A DNA stretch of 64,000 bases. Source: the human T2T-CHM13v2.0 reference genome, Homo sapiens. Every line of letters starts with the position of its first letter. Within the stretch, counting starts at the first letter, position 1. Below are positions 31,696 through 52,178 of this stretch, piece after piece. Made by a program: the position numbers and the translations under genes. The stretch lies in NCBI RefSeq assembly GCF_009914755.1, contig NC_060934.1. The stretch is one strand, 5' to 3'. The notes beneath the pieces were generated by a model. It was given only the letters and a program-made list of their open reading frames with translations, was not told the DNA's origin and did no database searches.

Positions 31696-33758
31696 AGAGT
31701 TTCTTTATCCATTCATTGATTGATGGACACTTGGGTTGGTTCCACAATTTTGCAGTTGTGAATTGTGCTGCTATAAACATGCATGTGCAAGTATCTTTTT
31801 CGTATAGTGATTTCTTTTCCTCTGGATAGATACCCAGTAGTGGGATTGCTGGATCAAATGGTAGTTCTACTTTCAGTTCTTTAAGGAAGCTCTACACTGT
31901 TTTCCATAGTGGCTGTACTAGTTTACATTCCCACCAGCAGTGTAGCAGTGTAGAAATGTTTCCTGATCACCGCATCCATGCCAACATCTACTGTTTTATT
32001 ATTTTTTTGATTACGGCCATTCTTGCAGGAGTGAGGTGGTATTGCATTGCGGTTTTGATTTGCATTTCCTTGATCATTAGTGATGTTGAGCATTTTTCAT
32101 AAGTTTGTTGGCCATTTGCGTATCTTCTTTTGAGAATTGCCTATTCATGTCCTTAGCCCACTTTTTGATGGGATTGTTTGTTTGTTTTTTCTTACTGATT
32201 TGTTTGAGTTTGTTTTAGATTCTGGATATTAGTCATTTCTTAGATGTATAGATTGTGAAGATTTTCTCCCACTCTGTGAGGTGTCTATTTACTCTGCTAA
32301 CTGTTCCTTTTGCTGTGCAAAAGCACTTTAGTTTAATTAAGTCTGAACTGTTTATCTTGGTTTTTATTGCATTTGCATTTGGGTTCTTGGTCATGAAATC
32401 CTTGCATAAGCCAACATCTAGAAGTGTATTTTTTGGGATTGTCTTCTAGAATTTTTACAGTTTCAGGCCTTAGATTTAAGTCCTTAATCCATCTTGAGTT
32501 GGTTTTTGTATAAGGTGAGAGATGAGGATACAGGTTCATTCTCCTACATGTGGCTAGCCAATTATCCCAACACAATTTGTTGAAAAGGGTGCCCTTTCCC
32601 TATTTTAGTTTTTTGTTTGCTTTGTCAAATATTAATTGGCTGTAAGTATTTGGGTTTATTTCTGGGTTCTCTATTCTGTTCCATTTGTCTCTGTGCCTAT
32701 TTTTATGCTAGTATCATGCTGTTTTGGTGACTATGGCCTTATAGTATAGTTTGAAATTGGGTAGTGTGATGCATCCAGATTTCTTCTGTTTGCCTAGTCT
32801 GCTTTGGCTATCTGGGCTCTTTTTCGGTTTGGTTTGATACAAATTTTAGAATTGTTTTTTTCTAATTATGTGAAGAATGATGGTAGTATTTTGATGGGAA
32901 TTGCATTAAATTTGTAGATTGCTTTTGGCAGTATGGTCATTTTCACCATATTGATTGTACTCATCCAAGAGCATGGGATGTATTTCCATTTGTTTGTCTC
33001 ATCTATAATTTCTTTCAGCAGTGTTTTGTAGTTTTCCTTGCAGAGGTCTTTTGACTTCTTGGTTAGGTATATTCTTAAGTATTTTATTTTATTTTTGCAG
33101 CTATTGTAAAAGGGATTTGGGTTCTTGATTTGATTCTGTGCTTGGTTGCTGTTGGTGTATAGGAGAGCTACTGATTTCTGTATATTTATCTTGTATCTGG
33201 AAACTTTGCTGAAATCTTTTATCAGTTCTGGGAGCTTTCTGGGGAGTCTTTGGGGTTTTCAAGGTAAAAAATCATATCATCAGCAAACAGTGACAGTTTG
33301 ACTTCCTTTCTACTGATTTGGATGCCTTTGATTTTTTTTCTCTGGTCTTATTGCTCTGGCTAGGACTTCCAGTACTGTGTTGAAGAGGAATGGTGAGAGT
33401 GGGGATCCTTGTCTTGTTCCTGTTTTCAGGGGTAATGCTTTCAACTTTTTCCCATTTAGTATTATGTTGGCTGTGGGCTTGTCATAGATGGCTTTTATTA
33501 CATTGAGGTGTGTCCCTTGTATGCTGATTTCACTGAGGCTTTTAATCATAAAGGGATGCTGATTTTTGTCAAATGCCTTTTCATCATCTAGTGAGATAAT
33601 CATTTGATTTTTGCTTTTAATTCTGTTTATGTGGTGTATCACATTTATTGACTTGCATATGTTAAACCATCCCTGCATCCCTGGTATGATACCCACTTAA
33701 TCATGGTGGATTATGTTTTTGATATGCTGTTGGATTATGTTAGCTACTATTTTGTTGA
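31295..33758 (-). mobile_element. L1PB-like 5'-truncated element, containing (AT)n at ~31659-31692
   Basis: L1PB-type 3' UTR (ttattggggtacaagtggtatttggttacatg); ORFs 33310..33696 ([13 protein letters not shown]) and 32333..32575. Confidence 0.85.
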
Positions 33759-34164
33759 GAAATATTCTCAAGTGAAGTATATTCTTAAGTATTCTCTGGT
33801 GAAGTGTTCTAGAAGAGATAAACTGCATTTATGCTATGGAGAAAGCATAGTTCTTTAACTCTTTCTGAAAATGAACTCAAATCTTGTGTTCATGATTTCT
33901 GATTTGAAAACAAAGAAACAAAGTTGAGGCAAAAGGATTAAATTACCTTGTATACCCACACTGTATGCACCATTATGCCTGTATAAACACAGCACAGGTG
34001 CACAGCAGCTCTCTTGGCTGTCTGCTTCAAATAATCCCTCCTCTACATCAGGACTGAAAACAACCATCTATAATGAAAGATCAGGTCACCACTGAAATGT
34101 TTCCAGCATTATCTGTGAAGATAGCTGACTGTTAAGGTCAGTGATGCAGAGTAGAGTCACCCAC

Positions 34165-34314
34165 CCTTGGTTCTTCTCAACTCCTGCCTAAGACATTGGG
34201 CTTCACCTTGAACATGCTTCTCCATTGCTCCTCTTCACCATCCTACAATTCCACAGCGTCATGAGCAAGAAGAGCCAGATATCCTTACATCTCTTTCCAT
34301 TGCTAAAAATGATC
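34165..34314 (-). pseudogene. CYP2C59P: CYP2C pseudo-exon 3 (150 bp); probably part of CYP2C59P (CYP2C9-de2c3c)
   Basis: The - strand reads tttcag|gatcatttttagcaatggaaagagatgtaaggatatc ... ttgagaagaaccaagg|gtgggtgac. It decodes as IIFSNGKRCKDIWLFLLMTLWNCRMVKRS / EKHVQGEAQCLRQELRRTK, with a 1-nt loss at the start and a 1-nt gain internally. The WxxxR motif is lost. The symbol is from recall. Confidence 0.85.
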
Positions 34315-34497
34315 CTGAAAGGAAGGGAAACAGAAACGAGGAGGGAGATCCCAGGCAAGAAAGAGGAAGCTGATTTTCAACAGCCACCCAAATGGGCCAA
34401 GCTAAGTTTTAGGAGCTCTTCAAGTGTTTGTTTTCCATTCACCTTCTGCCTCATTACTAATACAGACAAAGGCACACACACACTGACACACATGTAC

Positions 34498-34660
34498 CAA
34501 CTCCTTACTAGCTTTTTTTGGATACTGGGAAAATACCTTTTCCAGAAAACTCCTCTCCATGATCAATTAGAGCTTCCTTCACCACTTCATATCCATGCAA
34601 CTCCAGGACAAGCTTTATGTCAAAATACACAGTGAACACTGGGACATAGACTTTTGAGAA
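34498..34660 (-). pseudogene. CYP2C59P: CYP2C pseudo-exon 2 (163 bp); probably part of CYP2C59P
   Basis: The - strand reads ttcccag|TTCTCAAAAGTCTAT ... GAGTTG|gtacat, encoding [51 protein letters not shown] 183-bp intron separates it from pseudo-exon 3. Confidence 0.87.
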
Positions 34661-34789
34661 CTGGGAAAGGAGTTGCAAATAATAATAATATAAGTCACTA
34701 CTTGGTTCATATACTGTGTCTAATTCAGACTGTTATTACCATTGCATTTTGTAAATATTTTATAGTAAACAATCTTAAATATTCCTGAA

Positions 34790-34791
<2 letters not shown>

Positions 34792-34821
<30 letters not shown>
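34792..34821. repeat. (TA)n microsatellite
   Basis: About 14 perfect TA units. Confidence 0.9.
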
Positions 34822-34824
<3 letters not shown>

Positions 34825-35217
34825 ATGATGATTACTATAGTGCCACTTATGGATGACCTACAATGTGCCATGAAATGGCCCGGACAACTTATAGACATTA
34901 AAATTTCTCCTCACATCAATACACTCAGCATTTTTATTTGCCTTATTTTGCAAATAAAAAAACTGTGGTCAGAGAATCTCAAATTCATTTTCAGGGTCCT
35001 ACAGGTAATATATAGAAGATTGACATTTGAATCTCTACTTATTCAGACTCTGACACTTGAGCAATTCATCAGTACCCCCAAGGTAATCCTTTTTTTCGTG
35101 ACTAACATTTATTGTCATTCGTATGTAGCATCATTTTTAATACACACATATTTCTATGAGATGAGCATTATTACCCCATTTTACAAAGACAAGATTTTAT
35201 TAATGAAAACAGATGGT

Positions 35218-36458
35218 ATTTTTATTTTATTTTGTTTTATTTTATTTTACTCTAAGTTCCGGGATACATGTGTTGAATGTGCACGTTGTTACATAGGTAT
35301 ACACGTGCCATGGTTGTTTGCTGCACCTATCAACCTGTCATCTAGGTTTAAGCCCCACATGCCTTAGGTATTTGTCCTAATGCTCTCCCTCCTCTTGCCC
35401 CCCACCCCCTGACAGACCCTGGTGTGTGATGTTCCCCTCTCTGTGTCCGTGTGTTCTCATTGTTCAACTCCCACTTATGAGTGAGAACATGAGGTGTTTG
35501 GTTTTCTGTTCCTGTGTGAGTTTGCTGAGGATGATGGTTTCCAGTTTCATCCATGTCCCTGCAGAGGACATGAAGTAATCCTTTTTTATGGCTGCATAGG
35601 ATTCTATGGTGCATATGTGCCACATTTTCTTTATCCAGTCTATCATTCATTGGCATTTAGGTTGGTTGCAAGTGTTTGCTATTGTAAATAGTGCTGCAGT
35701 AAACATACCTGAGCATGTATCTTTATAGTAGAATGATTTATAATCATTTGGGTATACACCGAGCAATCCCATTGCTGGGTGAGATGGAATCTCATTGTGG
35801 TTTTGATTTGCATTTCTCTAATGACCAGTGATGATGAGCTTTTTTTCTTATGTTTGTCAGCCACATAACTGTCTTCTTTTCTGAAGTGTCTGTTCATATC
35901 CTTTGCCCACTTTTTCATGGGGTTGTTTATTTCTTGTAAATGTGTTTAAGTTCTTTTGTAGATTCCGGATATTAGCCCTTTGTGAGATGGATAGATTGCA
36001 AAAATTTTCTCCCATTATGTAAGTTGCTTGTTCATTATGATGATAGTTTCCTTTGCTGAGCAGAAGCTCCTTAGTTTAATTAGCTCTCATTTGTCATTTG
36101 TGGCTTTTGTTGCCATTGCTTTTGGTGTTTTAGTCATGAAGTTTTTGCCCATGCCTATGTCCTGAATGGTACTGCCTAGGTTTTCTTCTAGGGTTTTTAT
36201 GGTTTTAGGTTTTACATTTAAGTCTTTAATCCATCTTGAGTTAATTTTGTTTAAGGTGTAAGGAAGAGGTTCAGTTTCTGATTTCCTCATATGGCTAGCC
36301 AGTTTTCCCAGCATCATTTATTAAATAGGGAATCCATTCGCCACTGCTTGTTTTTGTCAGGTTTGTTGAAGAGCAGATAATTGTAGATGCGTGGTGTTGT
36401 TTCTGAGGCCTCTGTTCTGTTCCACTGGTCTATCTATCTGTTTCTGTACCAGTACCAT
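35218..36458 (-). mobile_element. L1PA8-like 3' portion with an internal deletion
   Basis: 3' UTR with catctaggtttaagcccc; ORF2 C-terminal ORFs at 35464..35646, 35679..35918 and 36087..36317. Confidence 0.85.
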
Positions 36459-36778
36459 TTTGTTATTTAACAAATATTGAACTAAGACAGGGCATCAGTA
36501 TACTTCTGCTTTTATTTCTGGGGAAAGAAATATTCTGTGTGACTAACCTAAGCAGCATATGATTTCATAAATGGAATTTGTAGGTCTGTTAGGAAATAAA
36601 ATTTGGGTCTACTGATCTGCAGTTTCTGCCATATCGTACAGTTGTTTTTTTTTTCTAATACTATACTGTCCAGTATCTCTTTTGGCTAACTTTATAAAAT
36701 AGTATGTTTTTAAAAATATAGTGTAATTAGATATGCTGGCACATAATTTGTCAGATAATTGCATGAAATCATTTCTAG

Positions 36779-36920
36779 GAAAAGGACAACCAACCATTGA
36801 AATTCACTATTGAAAACTTGGTGGGCAATGTACCTGATCTATTTGTTGCTGGAACAGAGATGACAAGTACCACTCTGAGATATGGACTCCTGCTCCTGCT
36901 GAAGCACCCAGAGCTCACAG
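36779..36920 (+). pseudogene. CYP2C60P: Orphan CYP2C8-like exon 6 (142 bp); probably CYP2C60P (CYP2C8-de6b)
   Basis: Splice sites tttctag|GAAAAGGAC ... CTCACAG|gtagga. The frame is open: [47 protein letters not shown], the P450 I-helix. EKDNQ, LVG, LFVAG and YGLL are 2C8-type. The symbol is from recall. Confidence 0.87.
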
Positions 36921-38125
36921 GTAGGACCACAGATGATGAACAAAGTGAATTTCAGAACAATGCTGAGAAGATGGTGCCAGTGTTCTCCATCCTGTTTCTC
37001 TTAGAGAAGCTTCATTCTTTAAATTTCTGTGTCATCAGCTGTAATCTGTCTAAATTTGATGACATGATTAAAAAGGACATCTTTGCACAATGGAGGAGGA
37101 TGACTGAGATGAGTAAAAACAGTATGGCAGTAGCAAAATAAATGAAGCCCTGATGAAGTGTCTGGATTTCAGCAGAGATAATTTGTGGTAGGGAGAGCCA
37201 GCATAAATTGGCCTGGTATTGAGTGTTGGTTTATTATGAAAAGCCCACTTTGAACAGTAGGTTCATTCTTAAAGATATCCTTTCTCAATTTGAAAATTCC
37301 ATGCTCTGATGCTGGGGTAGGGAGATGAAAACAATCTTTATTGAAGTGTAAGTGGAAATTCTAGAATTGTACTAGTTATCCTGAATTAAATTCCAGTCTG
37401 GGAAGTAACCTAAAAGTTAGACACCTAAGAAAGGTGTTTCCATTTAAGCAGAGGCCATACCTAAAGGAATTTTATTATGCCAGAAGTGTGTTTCATAAAA
37501 CTGCTGTTTGACCAAATGGGAATATTTGGAAGGGGGGTTAATAATTGCATCTTTCACATACAATTTTTCTTTGAATTTATAATTTATCTTTAGAGTAAAC
37601 TCTACATTTCCTTAGAATTTACATTTAAATAGTTCCTGCTTTGCAGCAGATAACATACCTTTTTCCCTGTGTCAGGATCCCACTGAAATTTCAATAACTA
37701 AATTACAAATTAAAATTAGGCTGTTGAAGTAAAAAGAGAGGAGAATAGAAAATAGCCAATAAGTCTTTGGCAAATTTCTAGAACATGGAAAGACAATAGA
37801 GGGCTGACAATTGACACAGCATAGAGGATGGAGTTGTAACGTTAAATATCAGCAGAGGAAGATTTATCAAGAGGAGATGCCAATCTATGTCACTATAATT
37901 CTCATAAGGTTCAGTATTTGGAGGCACCAAGGATCAAAGAAGATAAGGAATGAGGCTGAAAAGGGAGGCTTTCCTGCCCAGGTTTCCTCCATAACTCATT
38001 TTATCAGGTACCTGATTTTTTCCCACTGGAAAAGGGAAGCACACTCTCCAGAGCAACTGAGCCTAAGAAGCCCTGTACTCAGGGACATTTTACAGGGCCA
38101 GGAAACTGTGAGGTGTGAAGACAGC
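36921..38125 (+). other. Duplicated CYP2C intron-6 sequence following the orphan exon
   Basis: 37226-37720 aligns by eye to window 1-500, and 37725-38125 aligns to ~1765-2160 (CYP2C9 intron 6). Confidence 0.8.
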
Positions 38126-38129
38126 CACT

Positions 38130-40320
38130 ATTTTCTGGAAGAGATTAAAGATAATTGGTATTTTTTTTCTTAAATGTTTGGAGGAATTCAAGAGTGAACA
38201 TAATTAGGGCTTATGGCTTTCTGTTTTGGAAGTTATTAATTATTGATTCAATTAAGCTGGTAAATAAAGGCTTAAGCAGATTATCTATTTTCTTTTGTCT
38301 GAGTTTTGGAAGATTTTGTCTTTAAGAAATTAATCGATTTCATTTAAATTACCGTGGTTGTGGGCAGAGAGTTGCCCATAATATATACTTATTATCCTTT
38401 CAATATCTAAGGTGTCAATAGTTATACCTCTTTTAATTTTGACGTTATTAAAATGTGTTTTCTCTCTTTTTACTCTTGGTGAAACTGGCTAGAGGTTTGT
38501 TAAATTTATTTTCAAAGAACAAGCTTTTGGTATCATACATATAGTTGGACCTTGTTTTTTATCCACTCTGATAGTTTCTGTCTTTTAGTTGGTATATTTA
38601 GTTATATTTAAAGTGATTTTGATATAGTAGGATTATATCTAACACATTTGTTGTTGTTTTCTACTCATTGCCTTTGTTCTTTTTCTGTTTTTGTCATCAA
38701 TTCTTGTTCTGCCTTCTATGGTTTTAAATGAGCATTTTATATAATTTAATTTCTTCTTCTTAACACATAATATTTCAATATTTACTTTAGTAATTTCCCT
38801 AGAGTTTGCAATTTATATTTGTAATTAATCCAAGTTCACTTTCAAATAACACTACACTGCTTCATGGGTAGTGCATCTACCTGTATCAAAGTATTCTTAA
38901 CTCCTCCCTCCAATTCCTTATATCATTACTGCCATTAATTTCACCTATCCATAAGCTATAATTACCAAATATATTGTTTTCATTATTATTTTGAGCAAAC
39001 TACTATCTGTCTGACAATTAAGAATAAGAAAAATAAAAGTTTTATGTTGCCATCAATTACTCCTTCTCTAACATTGTTCTTTTCTTTATGTGGGTCAGTG
39101 TTTGGCTTGTATCATTTTCTTCTTTCTGAGGAAATTTTTAACATTTCTTGCAAGGCAGCAACTAAAGACAAATTTTCTCAACTTTCTATGAGTGAGAGTC
39201 CTTATCTCTCCTTCAATTAAGAAGGATAAGTTTTCTGGATACAGAAAGCAAAGTGGGTGAGAATGTTTTCCAACACTTTAAATATTTTGCTTCGCTCTCT
39301 TCTTATTTGCATGAACTTTTAAGAGATGTTTGATGTAATTCTTATTCTTGTTCCTAGATAGCTGGGATGTTTTCTTCCCTTAGCTTCTTTCAAGATGTTT
39401 GCTTAGTCTTTATTTTCTTCATTTGAATATGATGTGCCTAGGTGTAGACTTTTGGGTACCTAACCTACTTGGTGTTCTTTGAGGCTCTTGGATCTGTGGT
39501 TTGCTGTCTGTCCTTAATTTTGGGAAATTCTCAGATATTACTGCTTCAAATATTGCTTCTGCAGAACACTTTGTTTTTAAATAAGCTTTTTCATTGAAGT
39601 AAAATATACATAGAAAAAGATGCACATTTTCTAAATGTACAGCTCAATGCACTAACATAAAGTGAATGTATTTATATAACCTATAAAAAATAATTTTGTT
39701 TCTAAGGCATCCTCATTCTTTCTACTGCCACATCCTCTCATAAGGTATCCACTATCATTCCACAGGTTAGTTTTTAAAAATTTTGTTGCATTATACAGTC
39801 ATGGTATACAGGCTCATATTTCTTACATGGCTACGTTGTGTACTGGTGGGGACTGGGCTTCTAATGTACCCATTACCCAAATGATGAACATTATACCCAA
39901 TAGGTAATTCACCAAACTTTGCTCCCAGTCCATCCTCCACAATTTTGGAGTCCCCAGTGTCTGCAATTTCCATCTTTATGTCCATGTGTACCCATTGTTT
40001 AGCTCCCACTTACAAGTGAGACCATGTGGTATTTAATTTTCTGTTTCTGAGTTAGTTCACATAAGCAAATGGCCTCCAGCTCCTTCCAGGTTGCTGCAAA
40101 AAGCATGATTTCATTCTGTTTTTTTTATGACTATCTGGTACTCCATGGTCTAAATATACCACATTTTCTTTATCCGAACAACCACTGATGGACATTTAGG
40201 TTGGTTCCTTGAATTTGCTATTGTGAATTGTGTTGTGAGAAAATGAATGAAGGTGTGTTTTTATATAATGACTTTTTTCTTCCTTTGGGTATATACCCAG
40301 TAGTGAGACTGCAGGATTGA
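38130..40320 (-). mobile_element. Patchwork of old L1 fragments (L1M ORF1/ORF2 and L1 3' ends)
   Basis: ORF 39419..39625 resembles ORF1 (ENFPKL...IQEPQRTPSR...STPRHIIFK); 39770-40320 resembles an L1PB/L1MA 3' UTR. Confidence 0.7.
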
Positions 40321-41374
40321 AGAGATTGAATCCATTCCCCATTGCTTGTTTTTGTGAGGTTTGTCAAATATCAGATGTTTGTAGATGTGTGGTGTTATTT
40401 CTGAGGCCTCTGTTCAGTTCCACTGGTCTATATATCTGTTTTGGTACCAGTACAATGCTGGTTTGGTTACTGTAGCCTTGTAGTATAGTTTGAAGTCAGG
40501 TGGCATGATGTCTCCAGCTTTGTTCTTTTTCTTAGGATTGTCTTGGCAATGCGGGCTCTTTTTATGTTCCATATGAAATTTAAAGTAGGTTTTTTCCAAT
40601 TCTGTGAAGAAAGTCAATGGTGGCTTGAATGGGGATAGCATTGAATCTATAAATTACTTTGGGCAGTATGGCCATTTTCATGATATTAATTCTTCCTATC
40701 CATGAGCATGGAATGTTTTTCCATTTGTTCGTGTCCTGTCTTAATTCCTTGAGGAGTGGTTTGTAGTTCTCCTTGAAGAGGTCCTTCACATCCCTTGCAA
40801 GTTGTATTCCTAGGTATTTTGCTGTCTTTGTAGCAATTATGAATGGGAGTTCACTCATGATTTGGCTGTTTGTCTACTACTGTTGTATAGAAATGCTTGT
40901 GATTTTTGCATATTGATTTTGTATCCTGAGACTTTGCTGAAGTTGCTTGTCAGCTTAAGGAGATTTTGGGCTGAGAAAATGGGTTTTTTGAAATATAAAA
41001 TCATTTCATCTGCAAACAGAGGCAATTTGACTTCCTCTCCTTCTATTTGAATATCCTTTATTTCTTTCTCTTGCCTGATTGTCCTGACCAGATCTTCCAA
41101 TACTGTGTTTAATAGGAGTGTTGAGAGAAGACATCCTTGTCTTGTGCCAGTTTTCCAAGGAAATACTTCCAGCTTTTGCCCATTCAGTATGATTTTGGCT
41201 GTGGGTTTGTCATAAATAGCTCTTATTATTTTGAGATACATTCCATCAATACCTAGTTTACTGAGAGTTTTAGCATGAGGGGTGTTGAACTTTATTGAAG
41301 GCCTTTTCTGCATCTGTTGAAATAATCATGTGGTTTTTGTCATTCGTTCTGTTTATGTGATGGATTACATTTAT

Positions 41375-41670
41375 TTATTTATTTATTTTGAGATAGAGTC
41401 TCCCCCTGTTACCCAGGCTGGAGTGCAATGGTGTGACTTCAGTTCACTGCAACCTGCGCCTCCCAGGTTCAAGCGATTCTGCTGCTTCAGCCTCCTAAGT
41501 ATGTGGAATTACAGGTGCATGCCACCACGTCTGGCTAATTTTTTGTATCTTTAGTACAGATGGGGTTTCCCCATGTTAACCAGGCTGCTTGTGAGCTCCT
41601 GACGTCATGATCCACCTGCTTTGGCCTCCCAAAGTGCTGGGGTTACAAGCATGAGCCACCTCACCTGGCC
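41375..41670 (-). mobile_element. AluS with (TTTA)n tail, inside the L1
   Basis: Reverse Alu dimer; near-TSD tacatttatt/tacgtttatt. Confidence 0.9.
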
Positions 41671-42358
41671 TACGTTTATTGATTTGTGTATGTTGAACCA
41701 GCCTTTAATCCCATAGATAAAGCCAACTTGATCGTGGTGGATATGCTTTTTGATGTGCTGCTGGATTCCGTTGGACAGTATTTTACTGAGGATTTTCACA
41801 TTGATGTTCATCAGGGGTATTGGCCTAAAAGTTTATTTTCTTGTGTCTCTGCCAGGTTTTGGTATCAGGATGATGCTGGCCTCATAAAATAAGTTGGGGA
41901 GGAGTCACTCGTTTTCTTTTGCTTGAAGCAGTTTCAGAAAGACTGGTACCAGCTTCTCTTTGTACCTCTGGTACAATTCATCTGTTAATCTGTCAGGTCC
42001 TGGGCTTTTTTTGGTTGGTAGGCTCTTAGTTACTGCCTCAATTTCAGAACTTGTCATTGGTCTATTCAGGCATTCGACTTCTTTCTGGTTTACTCTTGGG
42101 AGGGTGTATGTGTCCAGGAATTTATCCATTTCTTCTAGGCTTTCTAGTTTATTTGTGTAGAGGTGTTTATAGTATTTTTTGATGGTAGTTTGTATTTCTG
42201 TGGGATCAGTGATTATATCCCCTTTATCATTGTTTGTTGTGTCTATTTGATTCTTTTCCCGTTTCTTCTTTATTAATCTAGCTAGTGGTCTATCTATGTT
42301 GTTAATCTTTTCAAAAAACCTGCTCCTGGATTCATTGATTTTTTGGAACGGTTTTTCT

Positions 42359-43973
<1,615 letters not shown>

Positions 43974-44178
43974 TCACTTTCTCCTGTGGGCATTTAATGC
44001 TATAAATTTTCCTCTAAACAGTGCTTTAGCTGTGTCCTAGAGATTCTGGTACCTTGTGTCTTTGTTCTCCTTGGTTTAAAGAACTTAATTATTTCTGCCT
44101 TAATTTCTTTATTTACCCAGTAGTCATTCAGGAGCCGGTTGTTCAGTTGCCATGTAGTTGTGCAGTTCTGAGTGAGTT

Positions 44179-50750
<6,572 letters not shown>

Positions 50751-51752
50751 TGAGTGAGTTAAGCTGAGTTCTAATTTTATTGCACTATGGTCTGAGAGAC
50801 TGTTAGTAATGATTTCCATTCTTTTGCATTTGCTGAGGAGTGTTTTACTTTCAATTATGTGTTCAATGTTAGAATAAGTGTGATGTGGTTCTGAGAAGAA
50901 TGTATATTCTGTTGATTTGGGGTGGAGAGTTCTGAAGGTCTATTAGGTGAACTTGTTCCAGAACTGAGTTCAAGTCCTGAATATCCTTGTTAATTTTCTG
51001 TCTCATTGATCTATCTAATATTGAGAGTGGGGTGTTAAAGTCTCCCACAGTTATTGTGTGGGAGTCTAAGTCTCTTTGTAGGTCTCTAAGAACTTGTTTT
51101 ATGAATCTGGGTGCTCCTGGATTGGGTGCATATGTATTTAGGATAGTTAGCTCTTCTTGTTGCATTGATCCCTTTACCTTTATGTAATGGCCTTTTTTGT
51201 GTCCTTTGATCTTTGTTGGTTTAAAGTCTGTTTTATCAGAGACTAGGATTGCAACTCCTGCTATATTTTTGCTTTCCATTTGCTTGGTAAATCTTCCTCC
51301 ATCCCTTTATTTTGAGCCTATGTGTGTCTTTGCATGTGAGATGGGTCTCCTGAACATAGCACATTGATGGGTCTTGACTCATTTCCAACCTGCCAGTCTG
51401 TGTCTTTTAATTGGGGCATTTAGCCCATTTACATTTAAAGTTAATATTGTTATGTGTGAATTTGATCCTGTCATTATGATGCTAGCTGGTTATTTTGCCC
51501 ATTAGTTGATGCAGTTTCTTCATAGTGTCGATGATCTTTACAATTTGGCATGTTTTTGCAGTGGCTGGTACTGGTTGTTCCTTTTCATGTTTAATGTTTC
51601 CTTCAGGAGTCCTTGTAAAGCAGGCCTGGTGGTGACAAAATCTCTCTGCATTTGCTTGTCTGTAAATGATTTTATTTCTCCTTCACTTATAAAGCTTAGT
51701 TTGGCTGGATATGAAATTCTGGGTTGAAAATTCTTTTCTTTAAGAATGTTGA

Positions 51753-51953
51753 CACAGGAAGGGGAACATCATACACTGGGGCCTGTTGTGGAGTGGGGGG
51801 AGGGGGAAGGGGGGAGGGACAGCATTAGGAGATATACCTAATGTTAAATGATGAGTTAATGGGTGCAGCACACCAACATGGCACATGTATACATATGTAA
51901 CTAACCTGCACGTTGTGCACATGTACCCTAAAACTTAAAGTATAATAAAAAAA
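51753..51953 (+). mobile_element. Short 3'-end fragment of a young L1PA
   Basis: cacaggaaggggaacatcatacactgggg ... cctaaaacttaaagtataataaaaaaaaa; TSD aagaatgttga. Confidence 0.88.
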
Positions 51954-51964
51954 AAGAATGTTGA

Positions 51965-52178
51965 TCAGGAGATTGAGACCACAGTGAAACCCCATCTCTA
52001 CTAAAAATACAAAAAAAATTAGCCAGGCGTGGTGGTGGGTACCTGTAGTCCCAGCTACTCGGAGAGGCTGAGGCAAGAGAATGGCATGAACCCATGAGGC
52101 GGAGCTTGCAGTGAACCGAAATCGTGACATTGCACTCCAGCCTAGGCACAGAGCAAGACTCTGTTCAAAAAAAAAAAA
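51965..52178 (+). mobile_element. 5'-truncated AluY-like element
   Basis: tcaggagattgagacc ... ggagcttgcagtgaaccg ... poly-A, flanked by aatgttga on both sides. Confidence 0.88.

Noticed and set aside
34822-35367. 181-aa ORF
   Set aside because: It spans AT-rich MIR-like and L1-tail sequence with no recognisable domain or splice structure.
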